A DNA stretch of 63,963 nt, counting the filler, from Hyphochytrium catenoides (Eukaryota; Protista; Hyphochytriomycota): NCBI GenBank assembly GCA_900088475.1. It is 14 parts of 14 records of this genome, joined end to end, with 100 filler letters (N's around TTAATTAATTAA, not from the genome) between each part and the next. Parts side by side here need not be neighbours in the genome. Positions count along the whole stretch, not along the records: positions 33,847 to 37,593 come from FLMG01003295.1; positions 37,694 to 39,196 come from FLMG01001510.1; positions 39,297 to 43,542 come from FLMG01003726.1; positions 43,643 to 48,623 come from FLMG01000174.1; positions 48,724 to 50,150 come from FLMG01000632.1; positions 50,251 to 51,734 come from FLMG01000557.1; 8 more parts are not named here. One strand, 5' to 3'. Made by a program: the position numbers and the translations under genes. Positions 37,211 through 50,681 of the stretch are shown one piece after another. The notes below the pieces were generated by a model that saw only the letters and a program-made list of their open reading frames with translations, did no database searches and was not told the origin of the DNA. Numbering within the stretch: position 1 is the first letter of the stretch; each line of letters opens with the position of its first letter.

Positions 37211-37748
37211 AACTGTCTGGTGGTGCCCTGCTCGTATCAACAGACGATGTTACGAATGCAGCTTCTTTCGGATTATCGCTGTTTCGCTGCCTCTTCCACC
37301 GTCTGTTCACTTATCTTACTTGTCTTTCCTCGACAACCAATCGCCGCTTAAACGTGCGAGAAGATTGCCCCAGACTTCAAGCTTAGATAACCTGATGGGC
37401 GCTTGCGGAGGTTCTTCACTGAAGCAGGTTGTCGATACCCTCGCTCTGGTCTCGACGGTAAGTGCTTCTCCTCCGCTGCAGCCCACTACTGGTGCTTCCA
37501 TCATTTCCTCCTATCGGCCTTCAACTCTCTCCTCCCACGACTTTCTCCCTTGCCAATGCCTCGTCTTCAGCCTACTACTCCCTCATCTCACTCNNNNNNN
37601 NNNNNNNNNNNNNNNNNNNNNNNNNNNNNNNNNNNNNTTAATTAATTAANNNNNNNNNNNNNNNNNNNNNNNNNNNNNNNNNNNNNNNNNNNNAGACGCG
37701 CCAAGACGAAGTCAGAGCAAGCGAGAGAGAGAGGAGAGCGAGAGGGAG

Positions 37749-37786
<38 letters not shown>

Positions 37787-37865
37787 GAGAGAGAGACAGA
37801 GACAGAGACAGAGACAGAGACAGAGACAGAGACAGAGACAGAGTGAGAGAAGGAGAGAGACTCAC

Positions 37866-38306
37866 GTCTTGAACTGCTGCGGCAGTCCGCAGTCAATCAT
37901 CAGCTTGGTGGAGGGTCTCATCATCCCTAAGATCGAGTTATCGGGCGCCACCCAGTTGCAGTGCAGACCGCGGATGGGACCCAAGCCATAGGCCAGACCC
38001 GCCTCCACGCCGCAGCGCTTACACTTCTTCCCTCCACAGGCGCGGCAGGAGACACTCAGCTTGTGCTCCCAGTCCCGCCGGAACGTTTTGGCTGGAGAGC
38101 GAGACGTGGGAGAAGAGACAGAGGATTTGTCTCTCTCTCTTTCTCTCTCTTTTGTCGGAGAGGAAGGGACCGTAGCAGAGGAGTTTGTTGGGTCTGCGTC
38201 CCCCGCGGCGGCTGAGAGGAGAGACATGCTGCTCCGACGGAAGCTGTTCATGACGTTGCTCGCGGCCATGGCTAAAAAGGGAAGACAGAAGGAGCGGGCA
38301 AAGGAG

Positions 38307-38366
<60 letters not shown>

Positions 38367-38582
38367 GAGAGGGGGGGGAGGGAGAGAAAGAGAAAGAGAG
38401 ACGGAACGAAACAGACAGAAAACAGAGTCTGTGAGTTACGATCAGCGGAAAGAGATAGAGAAAGAGACAGACAGAGAGAGAGAGAGAAAGAGAGAGACAG
38501 ACTTACCCATGGCATCATAGGTCGATCGCCGCACCATCGGTGGGCGCTCGGTAGCCGCAGACTCTGCTGCAGGCTCCGGCAT
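37866..38582 (-). CDS. PTPDC1: PTPDC1-like dual-specificity phosphatase, 5' part only (truncated by contig end)
   Basis: CRACGGKKCKRC...IRGLHCNWVAPDNSILGMMRPSTKLMIDCGLPQQFK resembles the PTPDC1 N-terminus (CGGxxCK...IxGxxSxWVTDxILAMARPS). Confidence 0.7.
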
Positions 38583-38801
38583 GGCTCAAAGGGGAGAGAC
38601 TTCCTTTTCTGTGGTGGTTTATTCTCTCTCGCTCTTTCTCTCTGCCTTAGCTTCTCTACCGCTTTTGATCTTCCTCTTGGCTCTTCTCTTTCCTGAACTT
38701 CTAAAGAAATGAACTTGGCAGCTCGGCCCGTCCCTCTCCCCATCACGTTCTGCCTATCCCTCTCTCTCTCTCTCTTTCTCTCTCTCTTCCTCTCTCTCTT
38801 C

Positions 38802-38832
<31 letters not shown>

Positions 38833-39807
38833 CTGTTGCTCTTCTCTCTATCGGCGCTTCTTCTTTCTCTCGCCTCTTTCTTCTCATTTCTTGGGTGTCT
38901 CTCCTCTCTTTCCTACATTTCTCTCTCGCATTTCATGTCGCGAGACAGACCTCTCCTGTGTGTGATGACAAGTTTGATGTGGGCGATGGCGCTCCCGCTT
39001 CTCTCTCTCTCTCTCTCGCTCTCTCTCTATCTATCTATCTCTCACTCTCTCTCTCTTCCCTCTTCATTGCTCGTGTCTCCCTCTTTCTCTCTCCTTTCCG
39101 CAATTTTACTCTCTTCGGTCTCATTCGTCCCTCATCTTCCTTTCCTGATATCTACCTCTTCGGCTATGATGCATCTCTCTCTCTCTCTCTCTCTCTNNNN
39201 NNNNNNNNNNNNNNNNNNNNNNNNNNNNNNNNNNNNNNNNTTAATTAATTAANNNNNNNNNNNNNNNNNNNNNNNNNNNNNNNNNNNNNNNNNNNNAGAA
39301 GAGATTGACACGGCGCTCCTGGAGGCAACCCTGGCTGAGTATAAGTTTGATGCGAGATAGCTCCTGTCATGTTGTTATTAAAAGTTCTAAAGATAGATTA
39401 TTGATTCTCCTGCGGTTGAGATAACACGGCTTAGGCTCCATTAAAGACCTTTTTTGCCTTGCTGTTCGCGGCGGGTCCTCGTGGCCTTGAAGGTGCATTC
39501 TACCTGTGGCTCAGACCGCGTCATTAAAGGCACAGCACCTGTTGATGGTCAGGCAATAATTCTTTCCCGGCACTAGCCTAAGTGTTTGGGCTAGATCTTA
39601 TAGTGCAACTAGCCATATTTGGCCCTAGTGATCTACCATTCAGATCTCAGGGCTCGCTCAGCTTGTATATCTAGCTCTGGGAGCGGAGCGCGTTTTGCAG
39701 CACAATGGTGATACTCTTCGGCGGATAGACTAAATTGCGTGCGGGGCGGCAGGGCCTTTCAGTCCGATGTCAGACAAGTGGTATGAGCAACGGGAAGGGA
39801 ACTGCCA

Positions 39808-40952
39808 TCAGTACTTAACGTCCGCGCTCATGTACTGATAGAACAAGGGAGGCTTCTCCGGACTCCTAGATGGCTGTTCTGCCTTCGCTGGGCTCTCGGG
39901 GCTCTTAGATGGCTGCTCGGTCCTTGGTGGGCTCTTTGGACCATTTTTCTTTGCGCAGGAAGTACTAAAAGACGCCTCACATTGAGGATTGCAGAACGAA
40001 CGCAGTGAAGGACCTCCGTACGCTCCGAGCTGGAGAACAGATAGAATAGGAAGGTTAAGGAGAGGGTTGCGAGTTGGATCAAAGGAGAGAGATACAGTCT
40101 CGAGTTTGCCTACCGGCAGCCGTTGATAGCAAGTCCAACAATATGCAGGCGCAGAGGTTAGGCTTGAGCCGTGGAGGGTGAGTGGTCTGGAGCTTCCTGA
40201 AGCTTTGGCACTACTGAGACCTTTCTGGGGCAGATGTTCAAGGTTATTGGAGCCGCTGCGACTGCCCCTGCTGCTGCCTCTCCACTCGCTCAGAGCCTCG
40301 AGGAAGGATTGATGGCTTGCTTCCTACCTCCCGTGACGTTAGCTTAGGATCTGCGTTGCCTGGGAAGCTGTAAGCTAATTACCTCGTCATAAGCTCCAGT
40401 TCCTAGCGCGTCTGTCTGCAAGCAGCTCGATGGTCAGGATGCCAGTGTCTTACGAAGCTCTTCTTGGTTGCCCGCTTTGATTGCCTCTCGTTTCATTGCC
40501 TCTTTACTTCTCCTTGCAGATCTCGCTCTCTCTTTCTTGTCGGGAACTCTGACTTTGCTTCTAGCTAAGTATCATGCCCTCTTCCTTTTTTGAATGCCTC
40601 TCTCTTCCCTCTGAAGGGCTCTCTTCTGAAACTCCTTACCTGCTGCTGGCCCTCTACTTCTACCAAGTTTTCACTGACAGGATCTGCACACTCTCTGGGG
40701 TTTCTAAGGCTTAGGGATCCTGAGCTATTCCAGGAGCTGCCGCTCTCTTCCGCTGTCCTGCTGAAGAAGAAGAAGAGGTACATGAAAGGAAGAAGAGGGG
40801 TATTCTTAACGACCAGGTGGCGGGGAGGGGAGAGCGCAGAAGTATAGAAACAGATAGGCTGAGCTGAGGATAGACTACAGAGACTGAGGAGATTGATAGG
40901 GAACACATAGATCTCCGGGAAGAAATCAGAACGAGTAAGAGAATGGGAAAAA

Positions 40953-40996
<44 letters not shown>

Positions 40997-41276
40997 CAGG
41001 AAGAACCCTCAAAGCACTGCATCTGCGTGCGACTCATTGCGCACCTCTTTGCCGGCTGCTGCCTTCTGGGAGTAAGAGAATGCTTGAGGGCGCTGAGAGA
41101 CGGTAAGGGTAGGAGAGCTTGGTCATTAGAGTACTGGCGGGGGTGTTGAGAGCTCTCTCTGTCTCCCTCTTTCCATCTCTCTTTCTTCCTTCTCCTTTCT
41201 GTCACTTAGCTTCCCATCTCTGTCTGCCTCTACTTTCACTCAGCCTTCCTCATTGTGGGGCGAACTTTTCTTCCCT

Positions 41277-41344
<68 letters not shown>

Positions 41345-41509
41345 TTCCCTCTTTCCCCTTTTATCTTCACTTCTCTCTGTCTGTCAATGCTATCTCTCTC
41401 TATCTAGGTTGTTTCTCTGTCTCTCGACTTTCTCTTACTCTATCCGCGCGTCCAGGTCGGGGATGCGCCCTTTCTCGTCCTGAGGCTTCTTAATCTTCCT
41501 CTGCTGCAT
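39808..41509 (-). CDS. Multi-exon protein with a ZBBX-like motif and a C-terminal FCS-type zinc finger; 5' exon structure tentative
   Basis: Short-intron splicing gives GAYDE|EASHQSFLEALSEWR (ZBBX-like motif from memory) and CWTCYQRLP|LGAYGGPSLRSFCNPQC (Cx2C...FCx3C), with stop at 39808-39810. Confidence 0.5.
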
Positions 41510-42746
41510 CTTCGATCTTCGATTCCTTCTCTTTCTTTGCCCTTGGGTCTTCTTCTTCTCCTTGTCTCGCTGATCCGTTCTCTTCACAGCGCTAGCGGAG
41601 AGAAGCAAAGACCGAGAAGAGCTATTGTACAGGGAACGGGAGAGGATGCTGAGGAAGTAGGCAAAGGTATAAAGGCGAAGGAGGAGGGGAAGGAAGGATC
41701 GAGACAGAGTGGGGATCGAGACAGAGTGGGGAGGAAGACTGTGGGCCAGGATAGAGAGGAGGACGGAAGTGTACAAGCCGAGGATCCAAACCTTGGACTG
41801 GGACTTAGGACCAACGAGAGACAAGGGAAGAGGGCGAGGCTTCTGATGATCGGAGAGAGCAGGCAGAAGACAAGAGCAAGAGAGAGATAGCGCGCGCAGG
41901 TTTAAGCGAGGATAGGGAGGGAGGTGTGCATGGAAAGTAAGAAGCGCGAGGAGTTGGTAGGCAATGAAAGGAGAGCAGTAAGAAGGAAAAAAAGAGAGAA
42001 AGTCGACGAAAGAGGAGGAGAAAAGATGTCCAGAACAAAAGAGCTTGCACCAAATGGCAGAAGAGGGAGAGGGAGAGAGAGAGTTGCACATATACAGAGC
42101 GAACGAGTGAGTGGAAGAATCTAGAGAGAGAGAGAAGAGAGACAGGAGGAGAGGAGGGGAGAGAGAGAGAGAGAAAAAGAGAGAGAGAGGAAAGAAAGAG
42201 AAAGAGAAAGAGAAAGAGAAAGAGAAAGAGAAAGAGAGAGAGAAAGAGGTGAGAGAGAGAGAGAGGAAGATGGATTAGTAACGACCAACACGTCCCTTTC
42301 CATAACCAGCATCTTAGTAGCGCTATCCGGCATCGGCACCTCGTTATTCCGAAGGGCCCATATGGCTAAGATCTCTCTCTCTCCTCTGTCTCGCGAGCCG
42401 AATGTTCGCCGCCCTTCAGAAGCCAGAAAGACCATCAGATCTTTTCACGGTGATGTGACCAGCCCGGAGACCACGGAGATCGACAGAGGCAGAGCTAGGA
42501 GAGCCGAGCAGAGACTCCCCTTGATCGAGAGAAGACTCAGCGCACGCGGATTGCTGAGTCTGGGGAGAGAGACTGAGACAGACAATTGGACACTCCCTGG
42601 AGTGAGAAGCCTGAGCGGCGATAACCTAGAGGACTCTGGAGTTTGAAACGGCCTTTTTTGGAGGTTGAGAATCGGGTTCGTCAGACTAGGTAGACTGCTG
42701 ATAGCAGTCGGCTTGCAGGTACTACTAGGCTGGCCGACATGGCAGC

Positions 42747-43437
42747 ATGAAGAGGACGGCGGGAGGGCTGGAAGAGGATTTTGCCCGAAAGCAGCTTCGT
42801 CAAAGTAGAAGGCCAACTTCTTCCTTGAAGGACGCAACAGCCACCCCAGAAGAAGAAGAAGAGATGGATAGTGTCCCGTGCGATGTCGCTACCATCGAGT
42901 CGCGCCTTCCGCGCAGCGCCATTGAGAATGAGTTGATTGAGACGATCACACAGGCCAGAAAGCTAATCCCGACAGCCGCCAACCTATGTGAACCATCGAA
43001 GTTTCTGGACTTAACGCCTTACGAGGTTCAGCTCTTCAAGCTCTGCATAGACGTGGTGAAGCACTACAACCTCAAAACGACGGTCAGAGTGGCTGGCGGC
43101 TGGGTGCGGGACAAGGTGAGGCGATATATGCACTCCCCGATGAGATTGTTCGAGGCGCAAGCTAACGAAAGCGCTTATGATCTGTTAGTTACTGCGGATC
43201 CCTACACACGACATCGACATTGCTCTCGATGATATGACCGGCAAAGCTTTTGCTGATAAAGTGAATGAGTATCTGGCCTCCCAGGGCCAGCAGACCCATA
43301 AGGTTGGCGTGATCAAAGCTAACGCGGAGCAGTCGAAGCACTTAGAGACAGCAACAATGAACCTTGGAGAGCAGTGGGTGGACTTTGTCAACCTTCGCTC
43401 GGAGTCTTATGAAGACCATAGTCGGATCCCAGAGATG
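42747..43437 (+). CDS. CCA1: CCA-adding tRNA nucleotidyltransferase (class II), 5' part
   Basis: VRVAGGWVRDK|LL...HDIDIALDDMTG...SKHLETAT...VDFVNLRSESYEDHSRIPEM, then an intron and contig end. Confidence 0.93.
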
Positions 43438-43642
43438 GTAAGTGCTCCTGGGCTGAGAGGAAGGGCTGAGGAGGACCATTCACTAAGGGTAAGGGGGATA
43501 TTTCGTCCAGACGGGGCCGGTGATAGGTGCAGAATCACAAGGNNNNNNNNNNNNNNNNNNNNNNNNNNNNNNNNNNNNNNNNNNNNTTAATTAATTAANN
43601 NNNNNNNNNNNNNNNNNNNNNNNNNNNNNNNNNNNNNNNNNN

Positions 43643-43673
<31 letters not shown>

Positions 43674-43722
43674 CTTCCTGTCATGTTCCTTCACCTTGAG
43701 TCCGTTCTTGCCTTTTGCTTAC

Positions 43723-45191
43723 CGGTTATAGAGGCAGCGACTGCTTCTTGGGGGAGAGACCCAGGAAGGAGAGAGAAAGAGGATTCCAGGTAGGGAACAA
43801 TCCACGCAAAGAATCCCTCTCGCACGGCTCCCACAGAGAACATGAGGACGCCGCTGAGTATAAAGTCGACACTGTTGCATGAGAAGGAAGAGGGAGAGAG
43901 GAGAGGAGAGAAGGAGAGAAGAGAGAATGTGTGAGAGATAGAAAGAGGAAGAGAGGGTTAGACTGTAAGGAAAGAGGAAGAGAGAAACGAGAGAAGGAAT
44001 CGAGAGCCGCGAGGTTCCCTTTCCTCTGGAACAAGAGAGAGAGCAGGCAGAACATGAAGAACGGACTAAGAATACTGGGAACTCGGAAGAGTGGGAGGGA
44101 ACTAGAAGAGAGAGAAAGAAAGAGAAGAGAGGGAGAGATTGAACAGAGCAAGAGAGCTTTCACTTAGCCAAACAAAGGAGAGAAACGACAACAGCGCCGC
44201 GATGATGTGCTAAGGAACAGCGTCTGGCAAAGAGAGAAAGAGAAAAGGAGAGACAGAGAAAAGGAACTAAAGAAGAGCGCGAGAGAAGAGAGAAACAAGA
44301 GAATACAAAGATAGGGAGAGAAGGCAAACTGGGACAAGAAAGATAAAAGAGAGAGAAGTAAGAAGACCCAAGAAAGGGGAGAGATGGCCTGCCTGCTACC
44401 TCTTAAGCGCGTCTGTGATGGTCAAGTCGCTGCTCGCCTTCGCTTCACCTTTCTCTCCCGCTGTGGCTCCCAGCAGAGGTTTCTCTTCTTCTCTCCCCGC
44501 TCCCTCTCTCTCGTCAGCTTCTGGATGTCTCTTCGGGGGAGAGCGGCGCAGGTCTTCGTACTCTTCCGGGACAGAATCTTGCAAGAATCCAACGCAGAGG
44601 ACAAACTGACGAAGGGGAAACGATGAGAGAGAGGAGACAAAGGAGAGAGAGAGAGAGAGAGAGAAGAAAGGGAATGAGGGAAGAGGGAAAGAGAGAGACT
44701 GGCGCCCCCTAAATCGTCCCTCCCAGCAGTGCGTCAAAGGAAGGAGGCAGGAAGACCAAACCGGCTCTCCCGAGCCATTAAAGAGATAATGATGTCTTCT
44801 GTCCTCTCTCTCTCTCTCTCTGTCTCTCTGATCTTCCCCTCTCTCTGTCTCTCTCTCTCTCTCTCTCTTGGTTCCTTACCGATCCAAAGAGCGCCACGCT
44901 GATGATATAGAAGACACTCCAGACGTGGAAGCGCTGCACCAGCACGCCGTTTGCACCAAAGGCAAGCATGTATCCCACCTATAACGCGATGGAGAGAAAG
45001 GTCAGACTGTCCTTTGCTGTTTGAGGAGGAAGAGAAACTTGCGACACAGAGCCGAAGAGAGAGAGAAACAGAGAGAGAGACAGAGGAAGAGAGAGGCTGG
45101 CGAGAAGGAAAGTAGGAGACGGGGCTTCGGTAACTTCACAAAGTGGGAGGAAAACGTAAAATATAGGAGGGACGACCAGAGAGGGACGGAG

Positions 45192-45224
<33 letters not shown>

Positions 45225-46395
45225 GCAGGACGAGAGAAGCTCCGCACCCCTAACATAAGGCCAAAGATGCCGCCAATCCTTCCTCTCTCCTCCGCGGGAT
45301 ACCAAGCCGCATTGACCTAGCGAAAGACGAAAGTCGAGAACAAGAATGGGTCGTCACATCGCCGGACGACTCTTCTCTCTTTCACGTTTCCTTTCTCCTC
45401 TCTGCTCTCTCTCTTCGTTCTATCTTCCCTTCCTTACTTGCCCATCTTCCCGTCTCTCTTCCCTATCTTCCCATCTCTCTTCCCTCAAGCAAGAACTTAT
45501 TGCTACTCATTTCTTCATCTTCTTCTCTCTCTCGGCTGCCGTTCTCTCTCTCCGTTTCCATTTCTCCCTCTCTCTCGGTGTCTCTTCTCTCTCTCTCCCT
45601 TTGCAAACTTCCTGCTTCTCTCTCCTCACTCACTTTCATGGGACAGAGTGCGCCAAAGGTTTGAAGGTAGCAGTTGAGTCCGAAGAGAGGGAAGATGAGG
45701 TAGGAGATAGAGGAAGAAGAGAGATGCTGAGTGAGGAGACCCATCAAGAGAAGAAGGAGAGAGTGAAGAAGGAGAGACGCGCAAAATGTCGATTGTGCTC
45801 CGAGACGGTCGATAACTACGCCGTTTACTGTTATGGAGAGAGAGTGAGAGAGTGTGTGAGAGAGAGAGAGAGACAAGAGAGAGAGAGAGAGAGAGGGAGA
45901 GAGAGGGAGAGAGAAAGAGAGTTAGACAATGGCAAAATATAAGCTGTTAGATGTGGCGTATCTTTTAAATAAAAGAAGCCTGAGAAAAAGAGTTAGCTGA
46001 CAAACCCAAGGAGAGGATGAGGAAGAGACCGAGAGAGAGGGACTAACCGGCAGGAACACAGAAAGTGGCTGAGGAGCGAAGAGAGAGAGAGAGAGACACA
46101 CGGAGAAAGAGAGAGAGGGAGAGACAGACTGGAAGTGTGAAGGACGCAACAGTGGCCGACGAGGTAACTTTCGAGAGAGGAAGTCAAAGAGAGTGACAGA
46201 ATAAAGGAGAAAGGAGAGAGAGAGACAGAAAAAAGAGAGAGCGATGGCTTCTTAGACCTAGCATTCCAGCAGCGTAGGCTAATAGTCCCACCGTCGCCAC
46301 CGCTCCGTAGCTCTGAGTGCTCAGGCCCAGGAAAGAGAGAGAGCTCGTCGTGTTCATCGCGTACAAGGTATATCTAAAAGCGGGGAAAGTGATCG

Positions 46396-46450
<55 letters not shown>

Positions 46451-47021
46451 AAGAAAGAGAGACAGAGAGAGAGAGACATACAGACCGACGAGGCGGCCAT
46501 TACATTGGAGGAGAGAGAGGTTAGCATAAAATCGTCGTCGAAGAGGAAGGCGCTGGAGAGGTTTGGAAGAAAGATGCAGTTGGAGAGAAAATGATATGTT
46601 CAGATAGCGAGGCGACCAAGAGGAGAGAGTGGAGGGGGCAGAAAGAGAGAAAGGGAAAGAAGAGAAGCGAAAGAAAAGAAGAGCCACGAGCTCCAGACAG
46701 ATGTGCATCCTATATCATTTCTCTCTCTCTCTCTTCTTACCTCGCCATGACCTGGAAAGCATAGGCAATGCCCATCAGCAGCCAATTCGAAGTGCGCAAG
46801 AGGCGGTAGCGCCTAGAGGTAAAGCAATAACATAAGACTTAGGCTCTGCTTGCGGACATGATGAACAAAAGAGAGAAGAGAGAGAGGAAAAAGAGGAGAG
46901 AGAAAGAGAGAGAGTGAGACAGAGAGACACATGAGCAAGGCTGAACGGCCCAGAGAGTCTCTCTCAAAGAAGGAACCAGGGGTCAGTCTTAGAGAGAGAT
47001 GAGACGGAGAAAGGAGAAAGC

Positions 47022-47066
<45 letters not shown>

Positions 47067-47313
47067 TTCTTCTTCCCCCTCTCTCTCTCTCTTCTCTCAC
47101 GCACCATGGGAGCTTGAAAGGACTAGCCTTGAGATCCCAGACCACTCCGACGACACAGAATGAGACAACCGAAGCTGCGACAATCGCATTCACTATCTTT
47201 TCTTCTTGATCAATGTTCTCGTGACCTCTCTCTCTCTTCCTTCCCCCATCGCTGGCCAGGACGCGCTGTGCTGCTGAAAAAAGGAGAGACACAGCCCTTT
47301 CACCGCTTTCCAT
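43723..47313 (-). CDS. Major facilitator superfamily transporter (OPA/GlpT-like), multi-exon, 3' truncated
   Basis: Exons encode NWLLMGIAYAFQVMAR|YTL, VNGVVIDRLGAQ (MFS motif A), LNCYLQTFGALCPMK|VNAAWYPAEERGRIGGIFG, and FSVGAVREGFFAWIVPYL. Confidence 0.85.
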
Positions 47314-47981
47314 GTCTCTCTTCTTTCTCTTACTCGGAAGGACACTGGTAGAATGTTCAGTGCTGGAGGTAAAGACAGCAAAAGAAGGAGGAGGAAGATT
47401 CTCTTTCTTCCTCTCTCTCTCCCTCTCTCTTCCTCTCTGTTTCTCTCTTTCCTCTTTCTCTCTCTGCCTCTCCCCTCGGGTCTCTTTTGCTCTTACGTAA
47501 CGACAGGGTTATGCGCTTCCTCCTCTTTTCTTGGCGCCGATCTGTCTCTTATCTGTGAGACTCTGTCTCTGTCGATCTCTTCTCTCTCTCTCCTCCTTAT
47601 TTCTGTCTTCTCAAAAGATGACGCTTGCTCTCTCTTCTCTCCTCTATTGAACATTTATGGATAATGGCGCGATGGCCTTAGGAGCAGCGACAAGTGGAGG
47701 GCAGAAGCTTCGGAAAGGTGACGAAAAGAGAGAAGAAAGAGAGAGAAGAATAAAGGAGAGAAGAACAAGAGAGAGAGAGAGAGAGAGAGAGACGAAAAGG
47801 ATGGAGAAGAGAGTATGACTTGAGCATCCACATCGTAGATGTAGGAAGCACAAAGGAGGAGGGAACTGAAAAGGCCAGGTGAATGAAGAAGATCCATCAG
47901 AGGCGACCGCGGAGCTTCAAAGGAAGAGGAATACGAGAGAGAGAGAAAGAGAGAGACGGGAGAGAGAGTGAGAGGGATAGG

Positions 47982-48027
<46 letters not shown>

Positions 48028-48257
48028 TAAGACCTCATCTCGTTATCTCTCTCCTAATGCATGTCCTCTCTTCAAGAATGCTGCACTAACTTAATTGGGC
48101 AGATGCGTTGCATCCGCTGACGTCTGTCTGTGCATAAGGTCCTGGGCCTGCCCTTTCCTCCTCATCTCTTTATCTCTCTCTCTCTCTCTCTCCCCTCAAC
48201 TTGGCGAGATCTTATCTTACTATTATGGTGTCTCTCCTCCGTTGATCCCAGAGACTG

Positions 48258-48307
<50 letters not shown>

Positions 48308-48723
48308 AGTACATCAGAACAGGATCTTGGTTGTTCGCCCATCAAAGAGCCCATGTACCGGCGTATCTTCAGACTTCAACAGGCATAGAAATAGACAGGA
48401 GGTCAGGTGTTCTTCCCTCCTAAGCGGCGAAGAATTAGAAGAGGAATCTTCCAAATACAAGGTGACCATGTCGTACAATATTCTTTATATATTATCTTTT
48501 ATTCTTCATACTACCCTTGTCCTGTGCAATGCGATACTCTCTCTCTCTCTCTTGCTATCATGCGCTCTTTCTCTCCTCTCTCATGTTGGTTCTCTCTCTC
48601 ACTCTCTCTCTCTCTCTCTCTCTNNNNNNNNNNNNNNNNNNNNNNNNNNNNNNNNNNNNNNNNNNNNTTAATTAATTAANNNNNNNNNNNNNNNNNNNNN
48701 NNNNNNNNNNNNNNNNNNNNNNN

Positions 48724-49749
48724 AACTGTAACGCTGAGCTGAGCTGACTCCAAAACTGGATGACTTCTGGTCCGTGAAGAAGGTGACTGATGTGTTCCAT
48801 TGTGTCACCATACCTAGGCATTATCATATACTGCTTCTCCTCTTTGTGATGATAGATAGAGCTCGAAGTCACAAATGTTGTCATGCTTTCTACTGCCGAG
48901 CACATCGAGAAAATGCACCGCTCGTTTCTCCTCGAAAACTGAAAGAGGTTTGATAAGCATTGCCTCTAGTCCGCGATAGCATATAGTCACGGCACTCCCA
49001 GGATAGAGCGGACCGTTCAGCTTAAACCCCTTCATTTGCAGATCAACGATAGTTGTTGTCTCTGGGAGTAAAACCGCCAAGTCGTAAATATCTACAGCAA
49101 GCCTCACGTTCTGCGTCTGAAGGGCGTAAGACAGCTGACATGAGAATCGAAGTTCCATTTGACGCATTATTCCTGGCTTCAGTTCCATTTCTCGATAATC
49201 CTTGCTGGAACGGATCAGCTTCTCAAAATTAGGCGCGTCTGTACTTGGCGATAATACTCACTGTAAACGGGCTCTCCCCTCAAAACTGCCTCACAAGCTA
49301 CTCAAAAGGTGCTACTGTAATAACCTGGTACCAATTACGCCTGTAAATCTACTCAAAGGCTGGGTGGGAAATTCACCCTCACGCCTGTTTAGGCGTAGAC
49401 TATCAGCTCCCTACTCATTCTCTACTCATTGTTGATCTCAGCCCTCAAAAGGTGCTCCCAACATACTCAGCGACTTTGTGGTGCTTCAGGGCTACTCAAT
49501 TCCAACTCACTGCCCAGCCGCTAGCTCAATATCCCCTCAAAAGTGACACAAATAATGCAGGAGAAACTGATCTCCGTCAACCAATTGGTTGATCTGGTCA
49601 ATCTTTTCGAAGAGCACCAGCAGCGGAGAGGAGGCTGTCTTCGGAACATAGGTAGTAGGTTCTACTAGTTCTACTACTGGCACGACCAAGGAAGGATAGG
49701 CGATAAAGTCATCCTTCCTCGGAGGAGGAGGTGCCGCCAGGCGCAACAC
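48724..49749 (-). pseudogene. Protein kinase-like gene fragment with a frameshift, possibly Crinkler-type
   Basis: FKLNGPLYPGS...MLIKPL...KHDNICDFELY continues in another frame as QYMIMPRYGDTME...FWSQLSSALQ (kinase subdomains I-VIa). A 4-bp CTAT duplication lies at about 48852-48859. Confidence 0.6.
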
Positions 49750-50646
49750 AACATAGGGGAGCTTACCTTCATTCTATTTCACCTGTACATGGTTTGCCCT
49801 ATAGTTCTAAAGCCCATAGAAGTAGAACTAGTTCCTACTACCATAGAAGGCTTATTCGTTCATCTAGGAAAGGTGAACCTCTACCACAGTTAGGAGAGAG
49901 CTTTAATACTCTACCACAGTTAGGAGAGAGCTTTAACCTCCTAGCAGTCTGAGAATACATTACGATGGGTAGGACTTAAAGGCCTTCGAAAGGTTCAAAA
50001 CCGATCCATCGTATTACTAGCTTAGGAATCTTCCCAGATAAACTCCTCTAATGTATCGCAATGAGAGTCTATAACACCCTCACAAAAGCAGATTATTACT
50101 AGGCAATCACAAGTCAACGTCCTTTCAATGGGCGGCGAGATTGACCTTGANNNNNNNNNNNNNNNNNNNNNNNNNNNNNNNNNNNNNNNNNNNNTTAATT
50201 AATTAANNNNNNNNNNNNNNNNNNNNNNNNNNNNNNNNNNNNNNNNNNNNGAGAGAGAAAGAGAGAGAAAAGAAAGAGGCTTGCCTCATGCAACCAACAT
50301 TTCAAGGGACAGACCAGTAGTCAGAAGAAGGCAGAGAAAAGAGGATAAAGGAGGAGGAAAACAGGAGTAACCGCGTAGGAAAACAGGGGAGAGAGAAGGA
50401 GAGAGAAAGCGAGAGAGAGAGAGAGAGAGAAAGAAGCCCATAGAACTGCTAGGAGGAGAAATACTGCCAGCAGCATCACAAGGAGGAGGAGCAGACGATG
50501 GAGTAGAAGGAGGAGGCGTGACGCTGTGCAGTGGGCTGGTGATGAATGTCCGACGGAACGATGATGGGGCAGCTCTTCTCTTCTCTCTTTCTGCTAGAAA
50601 GTCGTCAGAACCGCTGCCGCTGCTCTCCACTCTGCTGTTTCTTCTT

Positions 50647-50681
<35 letters not shown>

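Noticed and set aside
49878-49936. 30-bp tandem duplication (CTCTACCACAGTTAGGAGAGAGCTTTAA)
   Set aside because: Two copies only, with no associated structure.
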